Shown here piece by piece: positions 54,639 to 64,000 of a DNA stretch of 64,000 bases. The notes under the pieces were generated by a model. That model saw nothing but the letters and a program-made list of their open reading frames with translations, was not told the origin of the DNA and did not search any database. The stretch's first letter is position 1. The number at the start of each line of letters is the position of its first letter. The DNA is from an uncultured Candidatus Saccharibacteria bacterium (GTDB lineage: Bacteria > Patescibacteriota > Minisyncoccia > 2-02-FULL-40-12 > GWA2-44-9), in assembly GCA_964488565.1 (NCBI GenBank), contig CAZAUE010000002.1, forward strand, positions 40,048-104,047, in the 5' to 3' direction. A program made the translations under genes and the position numbers.

Positions 54639-56757
54639 GAGGATTGTAAAAATTAGTTACAGGCCATTCCCAGTTTTTAAATTGAGGATCAGTGCTTGGA
54701 TTTAATGGGATTGGACCAAGAGGATTACTTCTGTCTACATAATAAAGAACTTCATGATATTCGGGGAACGAGCTACCTTCTCTCAGATAGGTGTAATTGC
54801 CGTCTAACATCACTTTGTTGACGATTACGGGGTCTGGGTTGGTGAATCTCTCATTTGGCATTGTACTTAACGCCTTAGCCATAAATTCATGCCACATTGG
54901 ACCTGATGCACTTATACCAGCTCCTTCTTTTGTCATGGATTCGTTTTTATTGTTTCCTGTCCAAACACCGGCAACAAGATTAGGAGAATAACCAACAACC
55001 CAAGCATCTCTATTTTCTTGAGTCGTTCCTGTTTTAGCAGCCACATCTCTTCCAGGGAAATATAAAGAGCTTGAATAGCCAAACACAGGAGCTCTTGCCA
55101 CATTATCTGAAAGCATGTTGCTAATAAGGCGGGCTATTTGAGAATCAATAACTCTTTCTTGCTCATTAGTTTTTTCCTCTAACACTTGGCCATTAGAAGA
55201 TTCAATTTTTTGAATAAAAGACCAAGGACTTCTCATTCCATCATTTGCAAAAACTCCGTAAGCAGAAACCAAATCAACTAGTTTTACTTCAGCACCTCCT
55301 AAAACAAGTGATAATCCAAAACGTGACTTGTCACCTAATGTTGTAATTCCCATATTTTCAGCAAGCGTTATTGTGTCATCTATTCCTGCCAAGTAAAGAG
55401 CTTTAACAGAAGGAACGTTTAAGGACTGCGAGAGTCCTTGTCGGAAAGTAACTGGGCCACGATATCGGCCGTCATAGTTTTGAGGATGATAACAATCTAA
55501 ACCATACTGATCTTTTGTTTGAGAACTATTGGGATTACAGTTAGGATTAAATTCTGTTTTAAGGTCAAAAACAACAGTGTCATCAGGATAGCCTTTTGCC
55601 AGCGCGGCAGCGTAAGCAAAAGGCTTGAAAGAAGATCCAGGTTGGCGATTAGCTATGGCAACATTAAAATTTCCTTCATCTTCAATATTAAAATAATCTT
55701 TTGAACCGACTAAAGCTAAAAGATCACCATTTCTTGGATTTATGGCCACCAAAGAAGCATTTACAGCTTTATATTTTTCCTTATTTATTGTGGCATATTT
55801 AGAAACAGCTTCTTCGGCAATTTTTTGAAGATTTGAATCAAGAGTTGTGATTATTTTAAAACCGCCGCTTTCAACAGCATCCTCTCCGTATTTAGAGCTC
55901 ATATATTCCTTGACCATGATTACGAAGTGAGGGGCTTGGATATCATCATCAACCGCTTTGAATTCTAGTTTTTGAGACAAAGCTTCCTGATACTCAGTTT
56001 CGTTTATGTAACCAAGATTTTTCATACTAGCTAGAACAGAATTTTTTACTCCCATAAGAGCATCGACGTGATTACCAAAGGGAGAATAGAATGATGGAGC
56101 TTTGGGTAGAGAAGCTAGGGTGGCGGCTTCAGCTAAGGTCAGACCATAAGCATTTTTACCAAAGAATTCTTTAGCAGCCGCCTCTATGCCATAAGCATTA
56201 GATCCATATGGAATTTGGTTTAAGTACATCCAAAAGATTTGATCTTTAGTAAACTTTCTTTCTATTTCAATTGCCAAGACAGCTTCTTTTATTTTTCTTG
56301 AAATGGTTCTCTCATCTCCAAGTAAAGCTTTTTTGACTAATTGTTGAGTAATAGTAGAACCTCCCTGAGAAACACCGAGATTAATAATGTCCTTAAAGAA
56401 CGCTCTTGCAATACCCTTGAGATCTAGTCCTTTGTGGTTATAAAAATCGCTATCTTCGGAAGCTAAAGTGGCTTTCTTGATGTTCTCGGGGATTTGCTCC
56501 CAAGGAATGATGGTTCGTTTTTCTTCGCCATGAATGTCATACAGGAGTATTTCGCCGGTATTATCATATATCTTTGTAGATTCGCCGACTTTTCTAGTTG
56601 CAATTGACTCTGGATCAGGCAGTGTTCTTTGGAGGTATAAAAAGAAGGAAAGAAGCATGATTGTTCCAATTACGAATAACCACAAAAAAAGCATTGCCAA
56701 TGCCTTGAAATTCTTAAATGTTCCTATTTTTCTGAACTTTCTTAGTAGATTAGTCAT
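54628..56757 (-). CDS. mrcA: class A penicillin-binding protein (PBP1A; glycosyltransferase + transpeptidase)
   Basis: N-terminal TM, GT51 motifs EDSDFYNHKG and RKxxE, transpeptidase SxxK (SSFKPF), SxN and KTG(T) motifs. 709 aa. Confidence 0.9.
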   Translation of the reverse strand: MTNLLRKFRKIGTFKNFKALAMLFLWLFVIGTIMLLSFFLYLQRTLPDPESIATRKVGESTKIYDNTGEILLYDIHGEEKRTIIPWEQIPENIKKATLASEDSDFYNHKGLDLKGIARAFFKDIINLGVSQGGSTITQQLVKKALLGDERTISRKIKEAVLAIEIERKFTKDQIFWMYLNQIPYGSNAYGIEAAAKEFFGKNAYGLTLAEAATLASLPKAPSFYSPFGNHVDALMGVKNSVLASMKNLGYINETEYQEALSQKLEFKAVDDDIQAPHFVIMVKEYMSSKYGEDAVESGGFKIITTLDSNLQKIAEEAVSKYATINKEKYKAVNASLVAINPRNGDLLALVGSKDYFNIEDEGNFNVAIANRQPGSSFKPFAYAAALAKGYPDDTVVFDLKTEFNPNCNPNSSQTKDQYGLDCYHPQNYDGRYRGPVTFRQGLSQSLNVPSVKALYLAGIDDTITLAENMGITTLGDKSRFGLSLVLGGAEVKLVDLVSAYGVFANDGMRSPWSFIQKIESSNGQVLEEKTNEQERVIDSQIARLISNMLSDNVARAPVFGYSSSLYFPGRDVAAKTGTTQENRDAWVVGYSPNLVAGVWTGNNKNESMTKEGAGISASGPMWHEFMAKALSTMPNERFTNPDPVIVNKVMLDGNYTYLREGSSFPEYHEVLYYVDRSNPLGPIPLNPSTDPQFKNWEWPVTNFYNPPIQ

Positions 56758-56821
56758 GTGCGCTTGTGTTTAATTGTGCCACAAAAAAGTGACATTTACA
56801 AGGATTTAAATTAGCGATAAT

Positions 56822-58021
56822 ATGAAGCATATGTTTGGAACTAAAATAAATACTGACCCTGAAAAGATTAAAGAAATTCTTGAACGAGGTGTTGATGAAG
56901 TTATCAATAAAGAACACCTTCAAGAACTTTTGCAAAGCGGAAAACAACTAAGAATAAAACTTGGCATAGATCCAACGTCTCCGAGTATTCACATTGGGCG
57001 TGCTGTAGTGCTTTGGAAGTTACGGGCGTTTCAAGATTTGGGCCATAAGGCAGTTTTAATCGTCGGAGATTTTACGGGACTGATAGGGGATACCTCAGAT
57101 AAGGAGTCTGAGCGACCCATGCTCACAGAAAAACAAGTGCAAGAAAACAAAAAGACATATTTTGAACAAGCTTTTAAAGTTCTTGATAAATCAAAAACAG
57201 AAACTAGATATAACTCTAGTTGGTTAAAAAAACTAGGATTTCTTGAGATTGGAAAATTGGCCGACATGTTCGGATTGCATGAGTTTGAGGCTCGAGAAAA
57301 TATTTCCAAAAGACTTAAAGAGGGAAAACGAGTTTCTCTCCGTGAGTTGCTTTACCCGCTTATGCAAGGATACGACAGCGTAGAGGTTAGAGCCGATGTG
57401 GAGCTTGGCGGCACAGATCAGAGGTTTAATTTGTTGGCAGGAAGAACTATTCAGCCGGCTTATGGGCAGAAACCACAGGACATATTGATGACGAATCTCA
57501 TAGATGGAACTGATGGACGTAAAATGTCTTCTTCGTGGGGTAATGCTATTAATCTTACTGATGAGCCTAATGATATGTTTGGTAAGGTTATGTCTGTTCG
57601 TGATGATATGATTGTTAGGTATTTTGAGCATGCGACTAGGGTTCCCATGAATGAAGTAGAAGTCATTAAAAATGAGCTTGAAGCTGGAGCAAGTCCTCGC
57701 GATATTAAAAAACGATTGGCCACAGAAATTGTTTCATTGTATTACAACACTAAAACAGCACAGGAATCTTCTCTTGAATGGGAAAAAGTTTTTTCTAAGA
57801 AAGAAATGCCAAGTGAAATTCAGGAAGCACCAGGAGAGGGGATGAAGCTGGTTGATTTTATGACAGAACACGCCATGGCAACTTCATCTTCAGAAGCAAA
57901 AAGATTATTGGACCAAGGAGCGGTTAGTGTAAACGAAGAAGTTGTAAAAGAATGGGGACGTGTGCTTAGGGGTGGAGATGTTGTGAAGGTTGGCTCAAGA
58001 AAATTTCTCAAAGTAGTTTAA
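56822..58021 (+). CDS. tyrS: tyrosyl-tRNA synthetase
   Basis: HIGH-type motif GIDPTSPSIHIGRAV, a KMSKS variant KMSSS, and a C-terminal S4-like RNA-binding domain. 399 aa. Confidence 0.85.
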   Translation: MKHMFGTKINTDPEKIKEILERGVDEVINKEHLQELLQSGKQLRIKLGIDPTSPSIHIGRAVVLWKLRAFQDLGHKAVLIVGDFTGLIGDTSDKESERPMLTEKQVQENKKTYFEQAFKVLDKSKTETRYNSSWLKKLGFLEIGKLADMFGLHEFEARENISKRLKEGKRVSLRELLYPLMQGYDSVEVRADVELGGTDQRFNLLAGRTIQPAYGQKPQDILMTNLIDGTDGRKMSSSWGNAINLTDEPNDMFGKVMSVRDDMIVRYFEHATRVPMNEVEVIKNELEAGASPRDIKKRLATEIVSLYYNTKTAQESSLEWEKVFSKKEMPSEIQEAPGEGMKLVDFMTEHAMATSSSEAKRLLDQGAVSVNEEVVKEWGRVLRGGDVVKVGSRKFLKVV

Positions 58022-58022
58022 A

Positions 58023-58058
58023 TAACAAAACACCCCAGAAAGGGGTGTTTTGTTATTG
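58023..58058. terminator. bidirectional hairpin terminator between convergent tyrS and the acidic-protein gene
   Basis: aacaccccagaaaggggtgtt with T and A runs on either side. Confidence 0.65.
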
Positions 58059-58298
58059 TTAGATTACTTCTTCAAGTTCTTCTTCCTCGTCCTCATCATC
58101 CTCTTCGTCTTCGTCTAAGTCATCTTCGTCGTCATCCTCTTCCAAATCTTCAATAGCATCGTCTTTTTTCTCTTCCACTTCATCCGCTTTTAAAACGTAT
58201 AGCGGATCCATTATTTCGTTTATTGCCATGCTGGCCTTATTTATCTTGTTTCTATTGACGGGCCGCTTAAGAGCCGCCAGACCATATAAACGAGACAT
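58059..58298 (-). CDS. small protein with extremely acidic C-terminal tail, hypothetical
   Basis: 79 aa. The C-terminal 40 residues are almost entirely D/E. First gene downstream of ruvC in the same orientation. Confidence 0.4.
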   Translation of the reverse strand: MSRLYGLAALKRPVNRNKINKASMAINEIMDPLYVLKADEVEEKKDDAIEDLEEDDDEDDLDEDEEDDEDEEEELEEVI

Positions 58299-58309
58299 TT
58301 ATTAAAACT

Positions 58310-58780
58310 TTATCCAATTTTATTACTTACTCCGCAAATTGCAATAGCCAATGCATCTGCAGCATCATCGGGCCTGATTTCTTCTTTTATTCCCAGTATT
58401 AAACGAACCATTCTTTGGACCTGATTTTTGTCGGCTCCACCATGTCCTGATACAGCTTGTTTTACCTGCATAGGAGTAAACTCAAGAACGGGTAGGTTGT
58501 GATTGGCGAGAGTTAACATTAGTACCCCACGCATTTCCCCGACAGACATAACTGTTTTTTGGTTTTTAAAAAAGAATAGTCTTTCTACAACAGCTAGCTC
58601 TGGTTTGTGTTTCTTGATTAGTTTGGAGAGTTCTTTGGCTGTGTTTTTATAATCAAATAGTTTGTCTTTGCCATTATTTTTTATAATCCCGTAATCTAAA
58701 GACTCAAAACGATTACCCTCGTTTTTAATAACACCAAAACCTATTTGTGTGGTTCCAGGATCAATTCCAATAATTATCAT
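58310..58780 (-). CDS. ruvC: Holliday junction resolvase RuvC
   Basis: MIIIGIDPGTTQIGFGVI N-terminus, RNase H-like fold, conserved catalytic acidic residues. 156 aa. Confidence 0.85.
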   Translation of the reverse strand: MIIIGIDPGTTQIGFGVIKNEGNRFESLDYGIIKNNGKDKLFDYKNTAKELSKLIKKHKPELAVVERLFFFKNQKTVMSVGEMRGVLMLTLANHNLPVLEFTPMQVKQAVSGHGGADKNQVQRMVRLILGIKEEIRPDDAADALAIAICGVSNKIG

Positions 58781-58788
58781 ATTTACAA

Positions 58789-59298
58789 TTACTCAGCTAA
58801 ATTAGAGGTAACATCTTCTACTTCATCCTGATCATCTAGAGCTTCGAAAAGTTTCTCTACTTGCTCCTGAAGAGAGGAGTCATTGAGGGTCAATGGCTGA
58901 TTAAACATCCAAGTAAGACTTCCCGGTTGAACCAACTTAGAATTGTTTTCTCCTAATATTTTTTTAATTTCAGCCATTGTCCTGTTTCGGTTGTCAGTGA
59001 TGGCTTTTATTTTTAGAGCAACCCCTCCAGGGCCTAATGCTTCAATAGACAATTCTTCTAATTGAGCATGATCTTTATCGGCAACTTTTTTGATTGCCCT
59101 CTCTATGTTTTCGTTGGGCATGTTTACGGCTTTAGCATTTTCAATTGCTTGAACAAGAGAAGGATTAGATTTGGGATCAGGTCCTTTTTTGGCAGCCAAA
59201 GTAATCAGCCTAGAAAGCTTAGAAAATATTTGCCCTTTCTTCTTGTCAGTGATGGCTTTCTTGTGTTTTATTTGTGACCACTTGGAATGTCCTGACAT
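58789..59298 (-). CDS. yebC: YebC/PmpR family transcriptional regulator (shortened, 169 aa)
   Basis: MSGHSKWSQIKHKKAITDKKKGQIFSKL N-terminus is diagnostic. The protein lacks about 70 residues of the central domain compared with canonical 240-aa members. Confidence 0.75.
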   Translation of the reverse strand: MSGHSKWSQIKHKKAITDKKKGQIFSKLSRLITLAAKKGPDPKSNPSLVQAIENAKAVNMPNENIERAIKKVADKDHAQLEELSIEALGPGGVALKIKAITDNRNRTMAEIKKILGENNSKLVQPGSLTWMFNQPLTLNDSSLQEQVEKLFEALDDQDEVEDVTSNLAE

Positions 59299-59302
59299 AT
59301 AA

Positions 59303-60349
59303 TTACAATAAGGTTTCTTTTACGGGTCGGCCTATGTGTTTTAATCCATTTGAAGTGATAATTCGGCCTTTGGGTGTTCGAGATAAAAATCCCATTTGCA
59401 TTAAGTATGGTTCGTAGACATCTTCAATCGTTCCTTCTTCTTCTGAAATGGCTGCTGCGATGGATTTAAGGCCTACGGGTCCGCCATCGAATTTTTCTGC
59501 GATAGCCAAGAGAATCTTCCTGTCGGTTTCCTCGAGGCCCTTGTGGTCAATTTCTAGAAGCTTAAGGCTCTCTTTGGCCAAGGTCTCGTTAATATAATCA
59601 ACATCTTTCATTTGTGCGTAGTCGCGAACCCTCTTTAATAGACGATTGGCTACGCGAGGAGTGTATCTAGATGAGGTGGCCACTATCTGTATTGCTGGCT
59701 TATCTATTTTTACAGATAATAATTCAGCAGAGCGACTAATTATTTTTTCAATATCCTCGTCTTTGTAAAAATCTAATCTGAAACTTACTCCGAATCTTGA
59801 ACGAAATGGAGCAGAGAGAAGTGAAATCTTTGTTGTTGCAGCTATCAAAGTAAATCTCGGAAGATCAATCTGAAGGGTTTTTGCTGAATTGCCTTTGCCG
59901 ATAACGATATCGAGTTTGAAGTTCTCCATCGCTGGATATATGACTTCTTCCACCATCTTATTAAGTCTGTGAACCTCATCAATAAACAAAACATCTCCAT
60001 CACTAAGACCTGTTAGTATTGAGCCGACATCACCAGCTTTTTCCAAAGCCGTGCCCGAAGTTATTTTGATACTTGCCCCGAGTTCTTTGGCGATAAGATA
60101 GGCGAGTGTAGTCTTTCCTAGTCCGGATGGACCATGAAGAAGTAGGTGCTCTATGGGCTCTTTGCGCTTCTTTGCCGCTCCAATGACCACTTTTAGGTTT
60201 TCTTTTATTCTGTTTTGGCCAATATATTCGTCAAAAGTTTTGGGCCTCAAAGCCTGATCAAGTAATTGATCCTCAGGGACAGGTTTTGGGGTCATAGAAT
60301 TAGGCTTGACATTCATGGCAATTTGAACTAAAATATGTAGACTATACAA
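59303..60349 (-). CDS. ruvB: Holliday junction branch-migration helicase RuvB
   Basis: AAA+ Walker A GPSGLGKTTLA, Walker B VLFIDEVHRL, sensor 2, and a C-terminal winged helix. 348 aa. No ruvA seen between ruvC and ruvB. Confidence 0.9.
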   Translation of the reverse strand: MYSLHILVQIAMNVKPNSMTPKPVPEDQLLDQALRPKTFDEYIGQNRIKENLKVVIGAAKKRKEPIEHLLLHGPSGLGKTTLAYLIAKELGASIKITSGTALEKAGDVGSILTGLSDGDVLFIDEVHRLNKMVEEVIYPAMENFKLDIVIGKGNSAKTLQIDLPRFTLIAATTKISLLSAPFRSRFGVSFRLDFYKDEDIEKIISRSAELLSVKIDKPAIQIVATSSRYTPRVANRLLKRVRDYAQMKDVDYINETLAKESLKLLEIDHKGLEETDRKILLAIAEKFDGGPVGLKSIAAAISEEEGTIEDVYEPYLMQMGFLSRTPKGRIITSNGLKHIGRPVKETLL

Positions 60350-60548
60350 GGACCTTTATAATCTGTAGGCAATTGGGTCGGAGTATTTTAATACATAGAT
60401 CCAATCGGGATATTATCTAGTTTGGATAGTTTGGTTTCGACTGGGCTACTCCTCGGAATTATCCTGCCCCGCGTTTTGTAAATTCGGGCATTTGCCTACA
60501 GATTATATGGGTTCTTTTCTTTTCCCGCCAATTTTGGCGGGTTTAATT

Positions 60549-62207
60549 TTAACCCAAAACCCTATCAATCTCTTCCACAGATGTAATTCCCTTCAGTAGT
60601 TTTAAATAGGCATCCTGCAACATGGTAACCATGCCTTCTTTTTCAGCCAACTCTTGAATGTCTGAAATCGCTGGTGATTTTAAAATTAATTTCTCCATTT
60701 CCTTGCTAATTATAAAAGCCTCGTAAACTCCTATTCTCCCTTTATATCCAAGCTCATTGCACTCCTTACATCCCTTACCCTGAGAGTAAATATTGGAGGA
60801 ATCAATTTCGGACAGTTTAAAACGGTCTTTTATGGGAGCCATGATTTTTTGTATTTTTTCTAGCGTTTCTGGTTTGACCTCATCTTGTTTTTTGCAATCT
60901 GGACAGAGTTTTCGAACCAGTCGTTGGGCCATGGCCATATTGATCGCCGGAGCAATAATCTGGGGTTGAATACCTAAGTCGATAAGACGGGGGATAGTTC
61001 CAGCCGAATCATTGGTGTGAATTGTAGACAAAACCAAGTGTCCAGTCAGAGCTGCTTGTAGGGCAATATCAGCCGTTTCTTCATCTCGTATTTCACCAAC
61101 AAGAATAATGTCTGGATCTTGTCTGACTATCGCTCTTAAGCCGTTAGCAAAACTATATCCCTTTTTAGTATCAACTTGAGTTTGGGAAATGCCTTGGATG
61201 TGGTATTCAATTGGATCTTCAATCGTGATTACTTTAGTGCCGGAAGAGTTTAGATAAGTAACAAAGGCATATAGACTGGTGGTCTTACCAGAACCAGTGG
61301 GTCCTGTGGTAAGAATGGCACCAGTAGCTTTGGTTAATTGTTCCCGCACTAACACCAAAAGGTCTTCACGCATTCCAAGATCTTCCAGGTTGGTTTTGAT
61401 AGATCGGGGATCTAGTAAGCGCATTACAATTGTTTCTCCATATTCACTTGGGAGAACAGAAACTCTGACCTCAATGTTGGCAACTTTTTGTTTGATGGTA
61501 AATCTGCCATCTTGTGGGGAACTGTGAATGTTTAGTTTTAGTTTGGACAAAACTTTAATACGATTCAAAAGTTTCTCGTACGTGGGTTTATCTAGAATGG
61601 TGACATCGTTTAAAACTCCATCAAATCTGTATCGAAGGCGAGTGTTTTCTGATTCTGGTTCAAAATGAATATCGGACGCACCTATCTTGAGGGCCCCCGC
61701 AATCAAAGTTTCAAGCATTTCGGTTGCTGAAATTTTATTTACCTTGTCCTTTAGGTCTCCAATATTTTTTATCTCATCCTGGATTTTTTTTAATTCTTCT
61801 TCTTTTATTTCTATGGCTCCAACTTCAAAAAGTTCATGCGTTTGGGCATATTTATATCGACTCAGTATATTATCAAGAACGGAAGGGGAAGTGACAATGG
61901 GGTTGATGACAAACCCTTTATCCTTGAGGCTATCTAATGTCTTTTGTGTCGCTGAGCTTTCTGGATTGGTTATGGCTACCGTTAGTTTGTTTCCTGCTTT
62001 GTATATAATAGCTAAATTTGAAGAGCGAGCTGTGTTTTCATCAATCAACATCAAAGCATCACTATCAATAGGGGCTGACTTTAAGTCCGAAAAAGGAAGG
62101 TTAAACTTTTTAGCCAAAGACACAGAGTCTTCCTCGGTTCTTTTTGTGGCCATTTCAGAAAGTTTCTTTTCTAACTCTTCTTCTTTTGTGTTTGTTGGTT
62201 CTGTCAT
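60549..62207 (-). CDS. second GspE/PilB-family secretion ATPase (orphan)
   Basis: Walker A GPTGSGKTTS, Asp box, Walker B, His box, and a tetracysteine motif (CPDCKK...CKECN). 552 aa. Not adjacent to other pilus genes. Confidence 0.85.
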   Translation of the reverse strand: MTEPTNTKEEELEKKLSEMATKRTEEDSVSLAKKFNLPFSDLKSAPIDSDALMLIDENTARSSNLAIIYKAGNKLTVAITNPESSATQKTLDSLKDKGFVINPIVTSPSVLDNILSRYKYAQTHELFEVGAIEIKEEELKKIQDEIKNIGDLKDKVNKISATEMLETLIAGALKIGASDIHFEPESENTRLRYRFDGVLNDVTILDKPTYEKLLNRIKVLSKLKLNIHSSPQDGRFTIKQKVANIEVRVSVLPSEYGETIVMRLLDPRSIKTNLEDLGMREDLLVLVREQLTKATGAILTTGPTGSGKTTSLYAFVTYLNSSGTKVITIEDPIEYHIQGISQTQVDTKKGYSFANGLRAIVRQDPDIILVGEIRDEETADIALQAALTGHLVLSTIHTNDSAGTIPRLIDLGIQPQIIAPAINMAMAQRLVRKLCPDCKKQDEVKPETLEKIQKIMAPIKDRFKLSEIDSSNIYSQGKGCKECNELGYKGRIGVYEAFIISKEMEKLILKSPAISDIQELAEKEGMVTMLQDAYLKLLKGITSVEEIDRVLG

Positions 62208-62295
62208 TTTTAATCTTATTTTACCATGCTCTTAAGTATGCCTCAATCTAACGAATCAAGGTCTTTTGTAAAGATAAATTTGTGGATAAACCAGA

Positions 62296-63084
62296 TTAGA
62301 TGTTGATATGTTCTGCTGAAATAGTTTTTTTCATCAAAGTAGATGCAACATTTGAGAAAATCTTGCTATCTCCAGTCGTTAGATAATAGGTTTTACCACC
62401 TCTAGTGTTCAGGGAATCAGAATCTTTAAGAATGCTCAAAGTTCTTTTAGCGACCGCTTTTCCAGAATCAATAATTTTAACATTTGGACCCAGTTTCGAT
62501 TTAATCTTTGTTTTTAAAAAGGGATAGTGGGTACAACCAAGAACAATAGCATCAGCCCTGGCTATCTTTATTGGTTGCAAGAATTTTTGTAGAAGCAACT
62601 CTGTTTCTTTAGAATTTAGATCTCCATTTTCAACAACATTTTCAAGCCCAAAACAGCCGACATTAATAACCCTAACTCCTTGTGTGTGGTTGGAAATAAG
62701 ATCTGAAAGATAACCACTTTCAGAGGTGGATGGGGTAGAGATAATTCCAACACACTTGTTCGTGGTTTTTTCGGCGGCAGTTTTGATGGCCGGTACTGTA
62801 CCCACAAAAGGCACGGCGAATTTCTTTCTCAAAAAACCTATTGAATTACAGGTCGCGGTGTTGCAGGCCACTACTATCAACTTGGATTCGCTTTTTACAA
62901 GAAAATCGGAAATATTAGATGTAAGTCGGCAGAGCTGAGATTGAGATTTTTCTCCATAGGGAACATTGGCCTGATCGGCTAAAAAAATAAAGTCTTCTTT
63001 GGGGAGGAGTTTGTGGAGTTCCTTGAGTATGCTCAACCCTCCGACACCTGAATCAAACACCCCGATTGGACGTTTATCACTCAT
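62296..63084 (-). CDS. murI: glutamate racemase
   Basis: VFDSGVGGLS and the two catalytic Cys motifs (VVACNTAT; LGCTHYP). 262 aa. Confidence 0.85.
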   Translation of the reverse strand: MSDKRPIGVFDSGVGGLSILKELHKLLPKEDFIFLADQANVPYGEKSQSQLCRLTSNISDFLVKSESKLIVVACNTATCNSIGFLRKKFAVPFVGTVPAIKTAAEKTTNKCVGIISTPSTSESGYLSDLISNHTQGVRVINVGCFGLENVVENGDLNSKETELLLQKFLQPIKIARADAIVLGCTHYPFLKTKIKSKLGPNVKIIDSGKAVAKRTLSILKDSDSLNTRGGKTYYLTTGDSKIFSNVASTLMKKTISAEHINI

Positions 63085-63219
63085 AGGATAAGTATACTAC
63101 AACCCTAAATATTCGCATTTGACTTTGTTTTTAAAAACTGATATTATGTATCTATAGATTGATTACTACTGATGTCCGCCGATGGCGGTCATTTGTTTAA
63201 TACAGTCCAAAAACTAAAT

Positions 63220-64000
63220 ATGGATACAAAACAATTCGTTTCGGCAATCAAACAAATTTCCGAAGAAAAAGGCATATCAGAAGCAAGCGTTCTGGAGACA
63301 ATAGAAGCGGCCATCGCAGCTGCTTACAAGAGAGACTATGGCAAGAAGGGTCAAATAATTAAAGCTAAACTCGATACTGAAAGCGGGGATCTTGTCATGA
63401 CCCAAACTCACTATGTCGTTGAGGGTGTTGATGAAGAGGGTTATTTAACCGGAACTTTGCCGACTAAGGTTATGGAAGAGAAGCCAGATCCTCAGGACTA
63501 TGATTCCAGATCAAGAAGAGAATATAGAGAGGTAGAAACTTCTGGAGAAGACGACATAATCAAGATAAAATATAATCCCGAAAAACATCTCTTGCTAGAA
63601 GAGGCAAAAAAGAAAAGCAAAAAAGCCAAAATTGGAGACGAAATTATCGTTAAACTTGAAACGCATACCGATTTCGGACGTATTGCTGCTCAGACCGCAA
63701 AGCAGGTTATTATTCAGCGATTGAGAGAGGCAGAGAGAGAAGCCATCTTCTCTGAATTTAAAGGAAGAGAGGGAGAAATAATTAGCGGTGTTGTTCAGAG
63801 AAAAGAGGGCCAATTGGTCTTTATTGATCTTGGAAAAACCAACGGATTGTTGATTCCTGCAGAACAAATACCGACAGATAATTACAGAATGAATCAAAGG
63901 TTCCGATTTATGATTTTAAAGGTTGAAGAAACTCCTCGTGGACCAGTCGTTTTGCTTTCTCGTTCTCACCCAAAGCTTGTGTTGGGATTGTTTAAGGTTG
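63220..64000 (+). CDS. nusA: transcription termination/antitermination factor NusA (N-terminal part; continues beyond window)
   Basis: N-terminal domain MDTKQFVSAIKQISEEKGISEASVLETIEAAIAAAYKRDYGKKGQIIKAK, followed by an S1 domain. The ORF runs off the window end. Confidence 0.8.
   Translation, partial: MDTKQFVSAIKQISEEKGISEASVLETIEAAIAAAYKRDYGKKGQIIKAKLDTESGDLVMTQTHYVVEGVDEEGYLTGTLPTKVMEEKPDPQDYDSRSRREYREVETSGEDDIIKIKYNPEKHLLLEEAKKKSKKAKIGDEIIVKLETHTDFGRIAAQTAKQVIIQRLREAEREAIFSEFKGREGEIISGVVQRKEGQLVFIDLGKTNGLLIPAEQIPTDNYRMNQRFRFMILKVEETPRGPVVLLSRSHPKLVLGLFKV

Noticed and set aside
1-64000. CRISPR arrays or rRNA genes
   Set aside because: No array of regularly spaced short direct repeats and no 16S, 23S or 5S-like sequence was seen. 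The repeats present are inverted, dispersed or tRNA-linked, not CRISPR-like.

Overview
This window reads as an AT-rich (about 37-40% GC), streamlined bacterial genome with CPR/Patescibacteria-like gene content. That placement is an inference from gene repertoire only: IF-2 and YidC are short, tRNAs lack an encoded CCA while a CCA-adding enzyme is present, a type IV pilus operon and competence genes are present but no secretin, and several proteins are reduced. The window covers the chromosomal origin neighbourhood, with jag-yidC-yidD-rnpA-rpmH on the minus strand diverging from dnaA-dnaN on the plus strand and DnaA-box-like motifs before dnaN. Housekeeping genes present are pnp, rpsO, xerC/D-like, infB, ligA, gatC, gatA, cca, uvrD/pcrA, rsmA, PBP1A, tyrS, ruvC, yebC, ruvB, murI and nusA. 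There is a complete type IV pilus operon (pilM-N-O, pilB, pilT, pilC, major pilin, pilD, three or four minor pilins) next to comFC, plus a second orphan PilB/GspE-like ATPase. I count 7 tRNA genes. The feature most worth follow-up is a tightly coupled nine-gene operon (39.2-49.1 kb). It encodes a split VirB4/TraC-type ATPase, a VirB6/TrbL-like polytopic membrane protein with a large C-terminal extension, a VirB3-like small membrane protein, three signal-peptide proteins (one with thrombospondin-type-3 Ca-binding repeats), a two-TM protein with charged repeats and a membrane-anchored TolB-like beta-propeller. No coupling protein, relaxase or VirB11 is present in the window. This looks like a minimal, possibly non-conjugative T4SS-like apparatus. 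The non-coding DNA is also unusual in six ways. (1) Five of the seven tRNA genes are flanked by short inserts bounded by duplications of the tRNA 3' or 5' end, which looks like target-site duplication or att scars. (2) A family of GC-rich intergenic modules share sequence motifs. (3) A roughly 165-bp inverted-repeat pair brackets a 4.5-kb four-gene segment, and each gene in that segment is followed by the same 14-bp palindrome. (4) A roughly 540-bp, roughly 57% GC islet encodes a small secreted protein with high-GC codon usage, probably foreign. (5) A MITE-like element with 26-bp terminal inverted repeats begins exactly at the dnaA stop codon. (6) GGTGACA(CC) iterons lie upstream of comM. No CRISPR array and no rRNA were seen.
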